From contig NIVC01002560.1 of NCBI GenBank assembly GCA_002269645.1, positions 62,001 to 126,000 of the forward strand: 64,000 nt of DNA, in the 5' to 3' direction. Below the pieces are notes generated by a model that was not told the origin of the DNA, did no database searches, and was given only the letters and a program-made list of their open reading frames with translations. The stretch's first letter is position 1. Each line of letters starts with the position of its first letter. This document shows positions 10,176 through 29,830 of the stretch, piece by piece. The position numbers were made by a program, and so were the translations under genes. Source of the DNA: Macrostomum lignano (Eukaryota).

Positions 10176-12043
10176 GTCTGCAAATTAACTGCTTTGAAGT
10201 TTTCTGTTCAGCTGGGAGAATTTCACTAAGCTGCAATAGTGATATTTGAGGTTTAGATCAGTTTTTTATTAGGATACAAATTTTTTATATAAATTGAGTG
10301 ATGATCGTTTTTTCAATATCTTTTCACTATGTATATCACTATGTTCCACAATAATACCATGGTCTACAACATATTCGTTTTTACTGCTGAAAAATTACTG
10401 ACTTATGGTGCCATTTAGATTGCTGTTTTTTCTTGATGATCAGCAAAATAAATTGGGGCTCTTACTTTTAAAGTTTTATATTGTAGAAATGAGTTAATAA
10501 AAAATAGCATTGTCAAGTCATTGTTCTTTTGCTTGTCAACATCCTTAGACTTCAGTATTTTTTAGATACTGAAATAAGTAGGAGGAAAGAAAAAAGGTAA
10601 GCTCATTCTAACCCCCCTCTTTCAGTAGCTGCCAACTACCCCATCTCATTAATATTTATTATTATTATTTATTATTATATTATTATATTATTGCAGTAAT
10701 AATATTACTATATTATTGTAAATTATAAAATAATTTAACACAGCTAATCTATATGCAAATTTTCTTTGAAACTTTTGATTGGATAATTAACAGGATTTTA
10801 TGATTTACTTAAACCAAGTATTTCATCTTGTTGCATCTATAGTGGTTTATTTTTACATTAATGATATGAATGCTATCAAATACTGCCTTCAATTTTAATT
10901 TAAGTTAGGTAAAGTCATTAAACATCTAATTCACAAATTTATTACACATCTAATTGAGCATCAAGATCTAGAAAGTAGATATATTAATAATTTGATGGAA
11001 TACTTGTATGTTCCAAATAATTTTTCGTTTTTGCGCATTTTTATTTTATTAAAATAAATGACTATTAACTTCATTATAGGAACAGACAATTAAAAAATTT
11101 CTATAGTAATCACGCTGACTAATGAGCTGTTTTTAATCCAACTCTTTGCCTTGCCCTTTAGCGGCCTGATCTTGTATCTAAATATAATCTCTTTAAAGAA
11201 TACAGATTACATATTAAAATCTAAATAGCGAGCCTGTTTAAAATAAAATCTGTTGTTACATATACTGTTGATACAACAATGAAAGTATTTTTAAAAAAAC
11301 AAATAAAAAAAAAACTTTTTTTGTGCAAATAAATTTTTTTAAAAAGCTTACTCCGCAAATCAATTAGATTTCTGCGTTGCCTTTTGTTATAACTGTTGTT
11401 GAGTAATACTTTACGGATAAATTTTTTCGTACCAAGTTCATTAAAAGCCTTTACCATAATTTTTGAAAATATTTTATGACAGAAATGAGTAAACAAAATA
11501 TAAGAATAAAAACTCACAATCTCGGGAATTTTTCTCAATGTATACAGTATATTTCGTACGAAAAAGTTAAACATTATTTCATTTGATTAGTGCAGCTAGG
11601 ACTTAAAAAATCACCAGACAATGTTTCTCATTTGGCAATTAAAACAGTTTAGCACAAAAACGAAAGAATGAAAATGAATGACGATAAGAAGCTTGTCTTG
11701 GATTTGAAACTCAAAACAGGTGACTTAGTCCGTACAATCTCCGTCGTTCTCGGAATAGGAATGAGAAATAGACTTACACGTGGGTCCTAAAACGCAGTGG
11801 TAAGCCTTCATACTTAGCCAGTCACAAATATTGTCATTAATGAAATGAATACAGAGATTTTGATGCCATGCATGTGCGCGGATTCAACCTTCTGCCATTG
11901 TAGAAACTCGCAAATTCTTAACCTACATGTATAAGGTTTTAGCTAGTCGTGCATTGCATCTTAAGGCAAGGAGTTTCAGGCTTTCAATACTGACTATTTA
12001 AATATAGTACACTCTGTATAGCTGCTGTTTCTATTTATTGGAT

Positions 12044-18939
<6,896 letters not shown>

Positions 18940-19879
18940 GGCAGCGCACTGAAGGTCGAGTCCCTCTGTCTCTCCCCGTCTGTCCTGCCTCGTGCTTATG
19001 CCAGCTAATAAGCGTCGCGCAATGTGCAGTCCTTTGCAGTCCCGCGCGCATGGACTACTAAATTAGAGAGCGTCTGGACTGGAAGCCGGCTAAGTGAACT
19101 GACCTGCAAGCCTTGGAGTGGCACTGAGCAGAATCGATGAGCAGGTCTCATAGCTCAACAGAAATGCAAAAAACTGCACTGATAGAGCCTCCCACAGTCC
19201 TTTATCGGCGAGCATCTGTACATCACGTGATTGCTATGTCAGAGGAACAACTTGTAGCTAATAAATAATAAAAAATAAACTATGACAATTCTAATTTTAG
19301 AAGCACATTGCGGGCTTCAACCCGCGCCTGCGGCGAAATTACAATACTTTGTCTTGCGAAAGCGGGCTCCTGTCTAAACTGAAGAACTGAGTCCGAACCT
19401 CCAGTCCAGACACCGATTTAACTTAGCAGTCCCTGAGCTACGCGCCAGCTGTCGCTGAAGTTTTTCACTGAACCAATTCGTCCCTCCCTTCTCCATTGGC
19501 GCAAGCGCTGCGCCGTGTATTGATCGCTGCACTGTGCTGCGGCCAGGGGGTAGCGGTGGGAAAATTCTCCCCAAACCATTGGGCCAGACCGGGAGATCCT
19601 CAGCAGGGGGACCGCCTGCTTGTAGGCGGCGGGGATCAGGCAGAAGGAACCGGCTGCCTCACAAGCGCTGATCTCTGCAGCAGGGCGAACTTAACTTATG
19701 TTGCCAAGTTTTTCTCAGAGAGTCAAATATTCATTTCATAAGTGCACAATATCAGTGGCTGGCCGCGCTGAGCCATGGAAGTTTGCAGTTTATTTAGAAT
19801 TGGATTTTATTTATCAGCTTCTTTGTAACGAGGCACTTGTCCTTCATATGCCGTTCATCAGCTGTTTGTGCTGCTAACC

Positions 19880-20805
19880 TCTCTCCCTGTGTCTCTCGCT
19901 GTGTCTCTCGCTGTGTCTCTCCCTGTGTCTCTCGCTGTGTCTCTCCCTGTGTCTCTCCCTGTGTGTCTCCCTGTGTCTCTCCCTGTGTCTCTCCCTGTGT
20001 CTCTCCCTGTGTCTCTCCCTGTGTCTCTCCCTGTGTCTCTCGCTGTGTATCCCCCTGTGTCTCCCCCTGTGTCTCTCCCTGTGTCTCTCCTTGTGTCTCC
20101 CCGTGTGTCTCTCCAAGTGCCTCTCCCTGTGTCTCTCCCTGTGTCTCCCCCTGTGTCTCTCCCTGTGTCTTTCCTTGTGTCTCTCCCTGTGTCTCTCCCT
20201 GTGTCTCTCGCTGTGTGTCTCCCTGTGTCTCTCGCTGTGTCTCTCCTTGTGTGTCTCCCTGTGTCTCTCGCTGTGTCTCTCCCTGTGTCTCTCGCTGTGT
20301 CTTTTCATGTGTCTCTCCCTGTGTCTCTCCCTGTGTCTTTTCATGTGTCTCTCCCTGTGTCTCTCCCTGTGTCTTTTCATGTGTCTCTCCCTGTGTCTCT
20401 CCCTGTGTCTTTTCATGTGTCTCTCACTGTGTCTCTCCCTGTGTCTCTCGCTGTGTCTCCCCCTGTGTCTCCCCCTTTGTCTCTCCCTGTGTCTCCCCGC
20501 GTCTCTTCCTCTCTCCATGTGTCTCTCCCTGTGTCTCCCCTGTGTCTTCCCTGTCTCTCGCGGTGTCTCTCACTGTGTCTCTCCGTGTGTCTCTCCCTGT
20601 GTCTTTTCATGTGTCTCTCCCTGTGTCTCTCCCTGTGTCTTTTCATGTGTCTCTCCCTGTGTCTCTCACTGTGTCTCTCCGTGTGTCTCTCGCTGTGTCT
20701 CTCGCTGTATCTCTCCCTGTTTGTCTCTCCCAGTGTCTCTCTCTTGCTGTGTTTCTCTCACTGTGTCTCTCACTGTGTCTCTCACTGTGTCTCTCGCTGT
20801 GTCTC
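19880..20805. repeat. 12-bp minisatellite (CCCTGTGTCTCT)n
   Basis: Direct reading. Lies downstream of the calmodulin-like gene. Confidence 0.95.
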
Positions 20806-20934
20806 TCCCCCCTCTATCTCATCCCAGCTCTATCCTGCTACTCTCTCACTCTCAGTATCTGAAGCCATCGAGCCCTGAGCATCAAACATGGGGAAAATTT
20901 TAGTTCGCTGCTGAGCTCTGAGCAACCGCCGCTC

Positions 20935-23900
20935 TCAGAAACTGTCAGGCGCCGTGGGGCTCTCGGTCAGCACGGCCGCAAACTCTGAAAGACAATTAAG
21001 GCAGTCGTGGTTGCCTACTGATGAGTAGCAAACATAGAATATGACGCGATTATCTTATAGGGGTTAAAAATTTAATTTTTAGCTTTTTTATCCTCTTACA
21101 ACCATCTTACCATCAAAGTCTACAAAGCCGTCTTCGTTCCGGTCGGCCTCCTTCATCATCAGCTCCACGTCCTCATCGGTGAGCTGCTCCCCCAGGCTGA
21201 GCATCAGCCGCTTCAGCTCTGCTGAATCGATCAGCCCGTTCCCGTCCGAGTCGAATACCTGCGTTGAGTAAATCATCCTTTGCAGACAAACTGCTCCTCC
21301 CACTCACTCTGTTGCATTCCCTCCATTGCCGGCAATGTCATTCTATCTTACTTTCTACTACGGCAAATTCTTCAAAATGAAAATCATAGCTACAGTACAC
21401 TACTTGCAGTAGGCGAAATAATCAATGGTTGATTCAAACACGCAAGAAGCAGCCGCAGTCCTGGCTTCCCCAGCAACGAACCGCAAAGGCCTTCCGCATA
21501 CGCGACTGCCGCTTGCGCTGCACTTCCGCTTCGGTGATCAGCCTGTCCGACATCATCTTGACGAACTCATCAAAGTCTATGTTGCCGTCACCTGGGGTGC
21601 GAGGTAATGGAGAAGTGGGGGAGGGATAGGTTGGAGGGGATAGACTGGAGTGGATAGAGTGGAGTGGATAGAGTGGAGGGGATACAGTGGAGTGGATAGA
21701 GTGGAGGGGATAAAGTGGAGGGGATAGAGTGGAGGGGAGAGGGTGGAGGGGATGGAGTGGAGGGGATAGAGTGGAGGGGATAGAGTGGAGGGGATGAAGT
21801 AGAGGGGAGAGAGTGGAGGGGATGCAGTGGAGGGGATAGAGTGGAGGGGATAGAGTGGAGGGGATAGACTGGAGGGGATGCAGTGGAGGGGAGAGAGTGG
21901 AGGGGATAGAGTGGAGGGGATGCAGTGGAGGGGAGAGTGGAGGGGAGAGAGTGGAGGGGATAGAGTGGAGGGGATGCAGTGGAGGGGAGAGAGTGGAGGG
22001 GATAGAGTGGAGGGGATAGAGTAGAGGGGATAGACTGGAGGGGATGGAGTGGAAGGGATACAGTGGAGGGGATGGAGTGGAGGGGATACAGTAGAGGGGA
22101 TAGACTGGATGAGAGAGAGTGAAGGGGAGACGGTGGAGGGGATGCAGTGGAGGGGAGAGAGTGGAGGGGATAGAGTGGAGGGGAGAGAGTGGAGGGGATA
22201 GAGTGGAGGGGATAGAGTGGAGGGGAGAGAGTGGAGGGGATAGAGTGGAGGGGATAGAGTGGAGTGGATAGAGTGGAGGGGATGGAGTGGAGGGGATACA
22301 GTGGAGAGAAGCAGTGGAGGGGATAGAGTGGAGGGGATACAGTGGAGGGAAGCAGTGGAGGGGATAGAGTGGAGGGGATGGAGTGGAGGGGATGGAGTGG
22401 AGGGGAGAGAGTGGAGGGGATAGAGTGGAGGGGATAGAGTGGAGGGGAGAGAGTGGAGGGGAGAGAGTGGAGGGGATAGAGTGGAGGGGATGCAGTGGAG
22501 GGGAGAGAGTGGAGGGGAGAGAGTGGAGGGGAGAGGGTGGAGGGGATGCAGTGGAGGGGAGAGAGTGGAGGGGCTGCAGTGGAGGGATAGAGTGGAGGGG
22601 ATAGACTGGAGGAGAGAGAGTGGAGGGGAGAGGGTGGAGGGGAGAGAGTGGAGGGGAGAGAGTGGAGGGGATGCAGTGGAGGGGATAGAGTGGAGGGGAT
22701 AGAGTGGAGGGGAGAGAGTGGAGGGGATAGAGTGGAGGGGATAGAGTGGAGGGGATAGAGTGGAGGGGATAGAGTGGAGGGGATAGAGTGGAGGGGAGAG
22801 GGTGGAGGGGATAGAGTGGAGGGGAGAGAGTGGAGGGGATAGAGTGGAGGGGATAGAGTGGAGGGGAGAGAGTGGAGGGGAGAGAGTGGAGGGGAGAGAG
22901 TGGAGGGGATAGAGTGGAGGGGATAGAGTGGAGGGGATGCAGTGGAGGGGAGAGAGTGGAGGGGATAGAGTGGAGGGGATAGAGTGGAGGGGAGAGGGTG
23001 GAGGGGAGAGAGTGGAGGGGATAGAGTGGAGGGGATAGAGTGGAGGGGAGAGAGTGGAGGGGAGAGAGTGGAGGGATAGAGTGGAGGGGAGAGAGTGGAG
23101 GGGAGAGAGTGGAGGGAGAGAGTGGAGGGGATAGAGTGGAGGGGATAGAGTGGAGGGATGCAGTGGAGGGGAGAGAGTGGAGGGGATAGAGTGGAGGGGA
23201 TAGAGTGGAGGGGAGAGGGTGGAGGGAGAGAGTGGAGGGGATAGAGTGGAGGGATAGAGTGGAGGGGAGAGAGTGGAGGGGAGAGAGTGGAGGGGATAGA
23301 GTGGAGGGGATGCAGTGGAGGGGAGAGAGTGGAGGGGAGAGAGTGGAGGGGAGAGGGTGGAGGGGATGCAGTGGAGGGGAGAGAGTGGATGGGATTGAGT
23401 GGAGGGGATGCAGTGGAGGGGATAGAGTGGAGGGGATGCAGTGGAGGGGAGAGAGTGGAGGGGATAGAGTGGAGGGGATGCAGTGGTGGGGAGAGAGTGG
23501 AGGGGATGTACACAAAGTTTTTTTCAGTTATCGAGGCGGAGCAGCACACTGAAGCAACCCCATAAGCCCATTCGCTTAGCACCCGATTCGGTAAGTGAAA
23601 TCAAATTTCTACTCAAAATCCAATGCGAGCCCTGTGCATGAGCGCTGGTATAAACTGCTCGCAGGGCTCAGTGACTGAGGGACCAAGTATGACTTTCCAA
23701 TCAGGGCATTATTAACTTAGGCCTGATGTCCACCGCCTCTGCAGCCTCCTCGCTTTATCAACTCACCCCCAGTTGGTCGTGAGACTGCTGTGTAAACTTG
23801 AGTGTCAGTGGGTTTTCAGAATCTCCCGTCTCAAATCAGCGATCAAGCGGGTCATATGGATAAAAATTGATCATCTTGAGGTCATACGGATCTAAACTGA

Positions 23901-26900
23901 TCATCTCGGGGTCATACGATTCCAAACTGATCACTTTGGGGTCATACGGATCTAAACTGATCATCTTGAAGTCATACGGATAAAAACTGATCATCTTGAG
24001 GTCATACGGATCCAAACTGATCATCTGGAGGTCATACGGATCTAAACTGATCATCTTGAGGTCATACGGATCTAAACTGATCATCTTGAGGTCATACGGA
24101 TCCAAACTGATCATCTTGAGGTCATACGGATCCAAACTGATCATCTTTAGGTCATACGGATCCAAACTCATTATTTTGGGTCATACTAATTTAAATTGAT
24201 CATTATGGGGTCATAAGGATCCAAACTGATTATTTTGGGTCATACTAATTTAAACTGATCATTATGGGGTCATAAGGATCCAAACAGATCATTATGGGGT
24301 CATAAGGATCCAAACAGATCATTATGGGGTCATAAGGATCCAAACAGATCATTATGGGGTCATAAGGATCCAAACAGATCATTCAGTGATCATATAGAAT
24401 ACACTCATTCCCAAAATAATGAGTGAGGTCATACACACATCTCACACAAACCGTGACTCACCGTCCTCGTCCACCTGTTTCATCATGTCCCGCAGCTCCG
24501 CCTCACTCGGCCGCTGGCCCAGAGCCTTCATCACCTCGCCAAGCTCATCTGAGCTCACGTTGCCGTCTCCGTTCTTGTCGAACAGGCTGAAAGCTTCTCG
24601 GAGATCTGCAATGTTGTGGAGGGAGTCTGACTTAGCTCAAACCACAGGTTATCAGCTCTAATCACGGGTTATCAGATCTAATCACAGGTGTATCAGATCT
24701 AATCACAGGTGTATCAGATCTAATCACAGGTGTATCAGATCTAATCACGGGTTATCAGATCTAATCACAGGTGTACGAGTATCAGATCTAATCACAGGTG
24801 TATCAGATCTAATCACAGGTGTATCAGATCTAATCACAGGTGTATCAGATCTAATCACAGGTGTACGAGTATCAGATCTAATCACAGGTGTATCAGATCT
24901 AATCACAGGTGTATCAGATCTAATCACAGGTGTATCAGATCTAATCACAGGTGTATCAGATCTAATCACAGGTGTACGAGTATCAGATCTAATCACAGGT
25001 GTATCAGATCTAATCACAGGTGTATCAGATCTAATCACAGGTGTATCAGATCTAATCACAGGTGTATCAGATCTAATCACAGGTGTATCAGATCTAATCA
25101 CAGGTGTATCAGATCTAATCACAGGTGTATCAGATCTAATCACAGGTGTATCAGATCTAATCACAGGTGTACGAGTATCAGATCTAATCACAGGTGTATC
25201 AGATCTAATCACAGGTGTACGAGTATCAGATCTAATCACGGATATCTCAGCTCTAAAAAGTATCAGTTTTGACTCACCAGCAAGCTGCGATTCATTGAGA
25301 GATTTTGCGGATGCCTGGAATGAGATAGCGTGTCGTGGTTGATGAAGCTTAAAAGAAAGTTTATTACAGGAAACAAAGCAGCGATCACGTGACAACTTAA
25401 TTAATGAGGTCGGCTTGTGCCATGCGCGTCAGCTTGCTTAATGGCTTTAAAACTTGCTTCATAGAAATTTCTGGATGGCATCAGTCGCTTCTTTGACTTC
25501 TTTGTTAAATGCGCTGCTTTGCTATTTGGCTTCGCCTGAAAATGCCCGATACTTCATTCCGCACTTTCGCAAGTCACTGGGATCGAGGCCACCGTTGAGA
25601 CAGGTAGCTATTCCCATCAGTTTTAGCAATTGTAAAACCAAATGTTTCCCTTGAGGATTTCCTTGGTAAGAATCTTCCAGATAAGATAATACTTCCGTGT
25701 AGGGATTCCCCTTTAGTAGGAATTCTCTAAAATACCAAAGAACAAAAAGGAACAAAAAGTTCTCGGCCTAACCTAGAAAGGATAAGACTATTGAAATGAA
25801 AACTGTATATCTACTTAAGCAACTATTACTTACTTATATGAGCTTATTCTGACTTTCTGCCTTTCAGCTTTGCATGCCCTAATAGAACCTAAAGTTAGTA
25901 CCCCCTTGTTTTTCAGCAAAATGTCAAAAATCGAGTTCCGTGCAATCATAAAGTTTTTAGTGAAAGAGGGTGAAACTCCAACCAATATTCACCAACGCCT
26001 GCATGCTGTCTACCCGGATTCTTGCCCGTCATTTTCCACTATCAAGGCTTGGGCAGCCGAATTCAAGCGGGGCAGAGAGAGCATAGAAGATGACCCCCGC
26101 AGTGGCCGGCCTTCAACAGCATGCACTGAAGAGAACAGCTTGGCCGTGGAGAAGCTCATCATGGCTGACAGGAAACTGTCAATGAGTGAAATAGCCACTA
26201 CTCTGGGCATCTCTTATGGCTCGGTTTCAACCATTGTGCATGATTTTCTTCAGATGCAGAAAGTCAAAAGCAAGTGGGTACCCAGAATTCTCACTGTCCA
26301 AATGAGGGCTGATCGGGTAGCCTGCTGCAAGGAGCTGCTCGCATTCTTTGATGAATCACCGGATGACTTTCTAGCCCGAGTTGTAACCGGTGATGAAAGC
26401 TGGGTTCACCACTACGATCCCGAGACTCAGATGGAATCGCGTCAGTGGAAGCACCGAGATTCACCACCACCATCCCGCCCACTGAGCAAGGCCTCTGCTG
26501 GGAAGATTCTGATGACAGTCTTCTGGGACTGCAATGGCGTGCTGCTAGTGGACTTCTTGGGCCACAAGCAGACAATCAATGGTGCTTACTACGCCCAGCT
26601 GATCAGCCGTCTGCGCGATGCAGTCAAGCAGAAACGCCGTGGGAAGCTGACCCATGGTGTGCTACTGCTGCACGACAACGCCCCTGTCCACAAGTCTCGA
26701 GTTGCACAGTGTGCCATCCGTGAAGCAGGGTTCGAAGAACTAAATCACCCACCCTACTCACCAGACATAGCCCCCAGTGACTTCTTCCTATTTGCCAATT
26801 TGAAGAAGGACCTCCGTGGCAAGCAGTTCAGCACCGATCATGAGCTGGTGCAGGCTGTGAGCAGCTGGTTTGAGTCAAAACCTGTGGACTTCTACCACTC

Positions 26901-28133
26901 AGGCATCAGTCGGCTGCGCGATCGGTGGCTGCGGGTGCTGAATGCTGATGGGCAGTACATTGAGTGACTATAAAAATTTTGAGCCTCACTGCCATCTTTA
27001 TAGGTTAGGCCGAGAACTTTTTGATCCACCTGGTAGGTATTCCGATGGACTGGATTTCCTAGGGTAGGGATTCCCTCTTTGAAAGGATTCACTCTTGATA
27101 GGGATTCCCTCTAGGTAGGGATTCCCTCTAGGTAGGGATTCCCTCCTGGAAGGCATTCCCTCTTGGAAGGGATTTCCTCTTGGAGGGGATTCCCACTTGG
27201 AAGGGATACCTTCTTGGTTGGAATTCCCTCTTGGTTTGGTAGAGATATCCTCCTGATACGGATTCCCCTTTAGCAGGAATTCTCTAAGAGCTATTCCGAT
27301 AAACTGGATTTCCTAGGGTAGGGATTCACTCTTGATAGGTATTCCCTCTTGGAAGGGATTTCCTCTAGGTAGGGATTCCCTCTAGGTAGGGATTCCCTCT
27401 AGGAAGGGATTCCCTCTTGGAAGGCATTCCCGCTTGGAAGGGATTCCTTCTTGGTAGAAATTCCATCTTGGTTTGGTAGAGATTCCCTCCTGATAGGGAT
27501 TCCCTCTTCGTGGGATTCTATCTTGGTAGGACTTCCCTCTTGGAAGGCATTCCCTCTTGGAGGGGATTCCTTCTTGGTAGGGATTCACTCTTGACAGGAA
27601 TTTCCTCTTGACAGGAATTTCCTCTTGGTAGGAATTCCCCCTTGGTTGGGATCCCGCCTTAGACCCTGCAAATGGCACAATAGAAAGGATCATTGTTAGG
27701 CACGTGTGGGTGAATGAGGCTGCATGCGAGTGCTCAGTCTCAGCAAGCATTTCTACCCGCGCTGACACCAGCAGGGCGCAAGTGAACATGGCCGCGTTCC
27801 CACACCAATCTTTTTGTCTCACTGGGCCTCGCAGCGCGCAGCAAAAGTGCAGCGGCAAGCTGCTTCGCCAACCCCCTCGCCCCCATAATGGCGAAATCGA
27901 GCTTTTATGACAATGCCTGCAGATTAATCTGCAAGAATGCAGCTTGCAGCCCGCCTCAAGCAGCCCCGCGCTCTCCTGCATCAAATATTCTGAGCAGATC
28001 AGCATCCGAGAGCTCAACTCCTCAGGGGTTCGCCTGGCCTGGTCGGACCCGGCAAGCTTGCGGGCTGAGCACTGACTATATTGCAGGCTCGAACTGATTT
28101 AAACTGGATCACGGGCTGGTGCCCTCACTCTCA

Positions 28134-28169
<36 letters not shown>

Positions 28170-29264
28170 GTCTCACTCTCACCCCTCACTCTCACCCCTC
28201 ACTCTCACCCTCACTCTCAGTCTCACTCTCACCCCTCACTCTCACCCCTCACTCTCACCCTCACTCTCAGTCTCACTCTCACCCCTCACTCTCACCCCTC
28301 ACTCTCACCCTCACTCTCAGTCTCACTCTCACCCCTCACTCTCACCCCTCACTCTCACCCTCACTCTCAGTCTCACTCTCACCCCTCACTCTCACCCTCA
28401 CTCTCAGTCTCACTCTCACCCCTCACTCTCACCCCTCACTCTCACCCTCACTCTCACCCCTCACTCTCACCCTCACTCTCACTCTCACTCTCACCCTCAC
28501 TCTCACCCTTACTCTCACCCTCACTCTCACTCTCACCCCTCACTCTCACCCTTACTCTCACCCTCACTCTCACCCCTCACTCTCACCCTCACTCTCACCC
28601 CCACTCTCACCCTCACTCTCACCCTCACTCTCACCCCTCACTCTCACCCTCACTCTCACCCCCCACTCTCACCCTCACTCTCACCCTCACTCTCACCCTC
28701 ACTCTCACCCTCACTCTCACCCCTCACTCTCACCCTCACTCTCACCCCTCACTCTCACCCTCACTCTCACTCTCACTCTCACCCTCACTCTCACCCTTAC
28801 TCTCACCCTCACTCTCACCCTCACTCTCACCCCTCACTCTCACCCTCACTCTCACCCTCACTCTCACTCTCACTCTCACCCTCACTCTCACCCCTCACTC
28901 TCACCCCTCACTCTCACCCTCACTCTCACCCTCACTCTCACTCTCACTCTCACCCTCACTCTCACCCCTCACTCTCACCCTCACTCTCACCCTCACTCTC
29001 ACCCCATTCTCATCCCTCACTCTCACCCTCATTCTCACCCTCACTATCACTCTCACTCTCACCCCCACTCTCACCCTCACGCTCACTTCTCGGGATTTGA
29101 GCTCTGAGTTCGCAGCAGTCTCAGTAGGCTGTCCCGGCAAACTGGCTGAGCACTGCTGAGCAGGTGAGCAGGACAGTCAATACTAAATGTCGAAACTCAG
29201 AACAGTAAAACCTGCAGCTACAGCCACACCGGGGCAAACAGATCCCACATCCGGGACTCACCAT
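20935..29264 (-). CDS. Calmodulin-like 4-EF-hand protein (163 aa)
   Basis: Exons 29262-29264 (ATG only), 25278-25314, 24462-24605, 21482-21591, 21111-21258, 20935-20984. Phase-consistent (492 nt), with an intron layout like that of animal calmodulin genes. EF loops [48 protein letters not shown]. The ATG exon assignment is less certain. Confidence 0.88.
21618..23508. repeat. 14-bp G-rich minisatellite (GAGTGGAGGGGATA)n, ~1.9 kb (CaM-like intron 3)
   Basis: Direct reading. Confidence 0.97.
23845..24385. repeat. 30-bp minisatellite (CaM-like intron 3)
   Basis: Unit GGTCATACGGATCTAAACTGATCATCTTGA, drifting in sequence toward the right end. Confidence 0.93.
24645..25245. repeat. 21-bp minisatellite with 27-bp variant units (CaM-like intron 2)
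   Basis: Unit GATCTAATCACAGGTGTATCA; variants carry an inserted CGAGTA. Confidence 0.96.
25735..27033 (+). mobile_element. Mariner (Tc1/mariner, DD34D) DNA transposon in CaM-like intron 1
   Basis: Inner TIR CAAAAAGTTCTCGGCCTAACCTA (25753-25775) is the reverse complement of 27001-27023. Flanked by TA (25733-34, 27034-35). The outer part of the left TIR is rearranged. Confidence 0.93.
25921..26967 (+). CDS. Mariner transposase (348 aa from first ATG)
   Basis: Uninterrupted ORF with N-terminal HTHs, WVPRIL linker, TGDESW, HDNA and [10 protein letters not shown] motifs. Confidence 0.95.
   Translation: MSKIEFRAIIKFLVKEGETPTNIHQRLHAVYPDSCPSFSTIKAWAAEFKRGRESIEDDPRSGRPSTACTEENSLAVEKLIMADRKLSMSEIATTLGISYGSVSTIVHDFLQMQKVKSKWVPRILTVQMRADRVACCKELLAFFDESPDDFLARVVTGDESWVHHYDPETQMESRQWKHRDSPPPSRPLSKASAGKILMTVFWDCNGVLLVDFLGHKQTINGAYYAQLISRLRDAVKQKRRGKLTHGVLLLHDNAPVHKSRVAQCAIREAGFEELNHPPYSPDIAPSDFFLFANLKKDLRGKQFSTDHELVQAVSSWFESKPVDFYHSGISRLRDRWLRVLNADGQYIE
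27055..27640. repeat. Degenerate AGGGATTCCCTCT-type repeat array (also 25630-25730, left of the mariner)
   Basis: Many GGGATTCCC / GGAATTCC words. Confidence 0.85.
28123..29085. repeat. (CTCACTCTCACC)n-type low-complexity array (CaM-like intron 1)
   Basis: Direct reading. Confidence 0.96.
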
Positions 29265-29398
29265 TGTCTCGGCAGGTCAGACAGGCGCGCTGTCCGAGCC
29301 CAGATGCACAAGTTTCTAAGAAATCGCAATGTAAATTTTTTGTCCCCAGTTTTAACCGCACTGACTCTGAGTGGCTTAGCAACCGTTCTGGCAACTCA

Positions 29399-29408
29399 TT
29401 TTATATAG
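29399..29408 (-). promoter_or_regulatory. Candidate TATA box of the calmodulin-like gene
   Basis: CTATATAAAA on the minus strand ~135 nt upstream of the ATG exon. Confidence 0.4.
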
Positions 29409-29621
29409 CATGAGCTCGGGCTGATGAGGCAGAGCAGAGGGGATGCTGAACGCGAATCCCGGCCCTTGGTTGGTCGTTAGCTAAGATGAAAAACACGAGG
29501 AGTCGCTTTAACCCACTGCCTGCTGGGCCAACCCGAGAATCACTCCGACAGTGCCATTGAGGTGCGAAATCGGTTGCAAAACAGCTGGGGCCACAGAAAA
29601 CTCGATCAAAGCGCACATTTT

Positions 29622-29830
29622 CAGGACAGGGTGGATGTCAGAAGGACAGAGGGGGTGTCAGGACGACAGGGTGGGTGTCAGGAGGACAGGGTGGGTGTCA
29701 GGAGGACAAGACAGGGTGGGTGGCAGGAGGACAGATGGGGTGTCAGAAGCACAGGTTGGGTGTCAGGAGGACAGGACAGGGTGGTGTCAGAAGGACAGGG
29801 TGGGTCAGGACAGGGTGGGCGTCAGGAAGA
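29622..29830. repeat. Degenerate GGACAGGGTGGGTGTCAGGA repeat
   Basis: Direct reading. Confidence 0.8.

Noticed and set aside
11221-11574. 117-aa AT-rich ORF
   Set aside because: F/K/I/N composition typical of random AT-rich DNA, non-ATG start, no motif.
19460-19720. GC-rich island with small hairpins upstream of PCSK7 (possible ncRNA or SINE)
   Set aside because: No Pol III boxes, TSD or second copy in the window; could simply be promoter or repeat sequence.
21010-21050. Hammerhead ribozyme core (CTGATGA hits here, at ~29420 and ~41040)
   Set aside because: No stem II followed by GAAA and no closing stems could be built.
28081-29159. His/Ser-rich ORFs (339, 346 aa)
   Set aside because: Translations of the (CTCACTCTCACC)n array in an intron.
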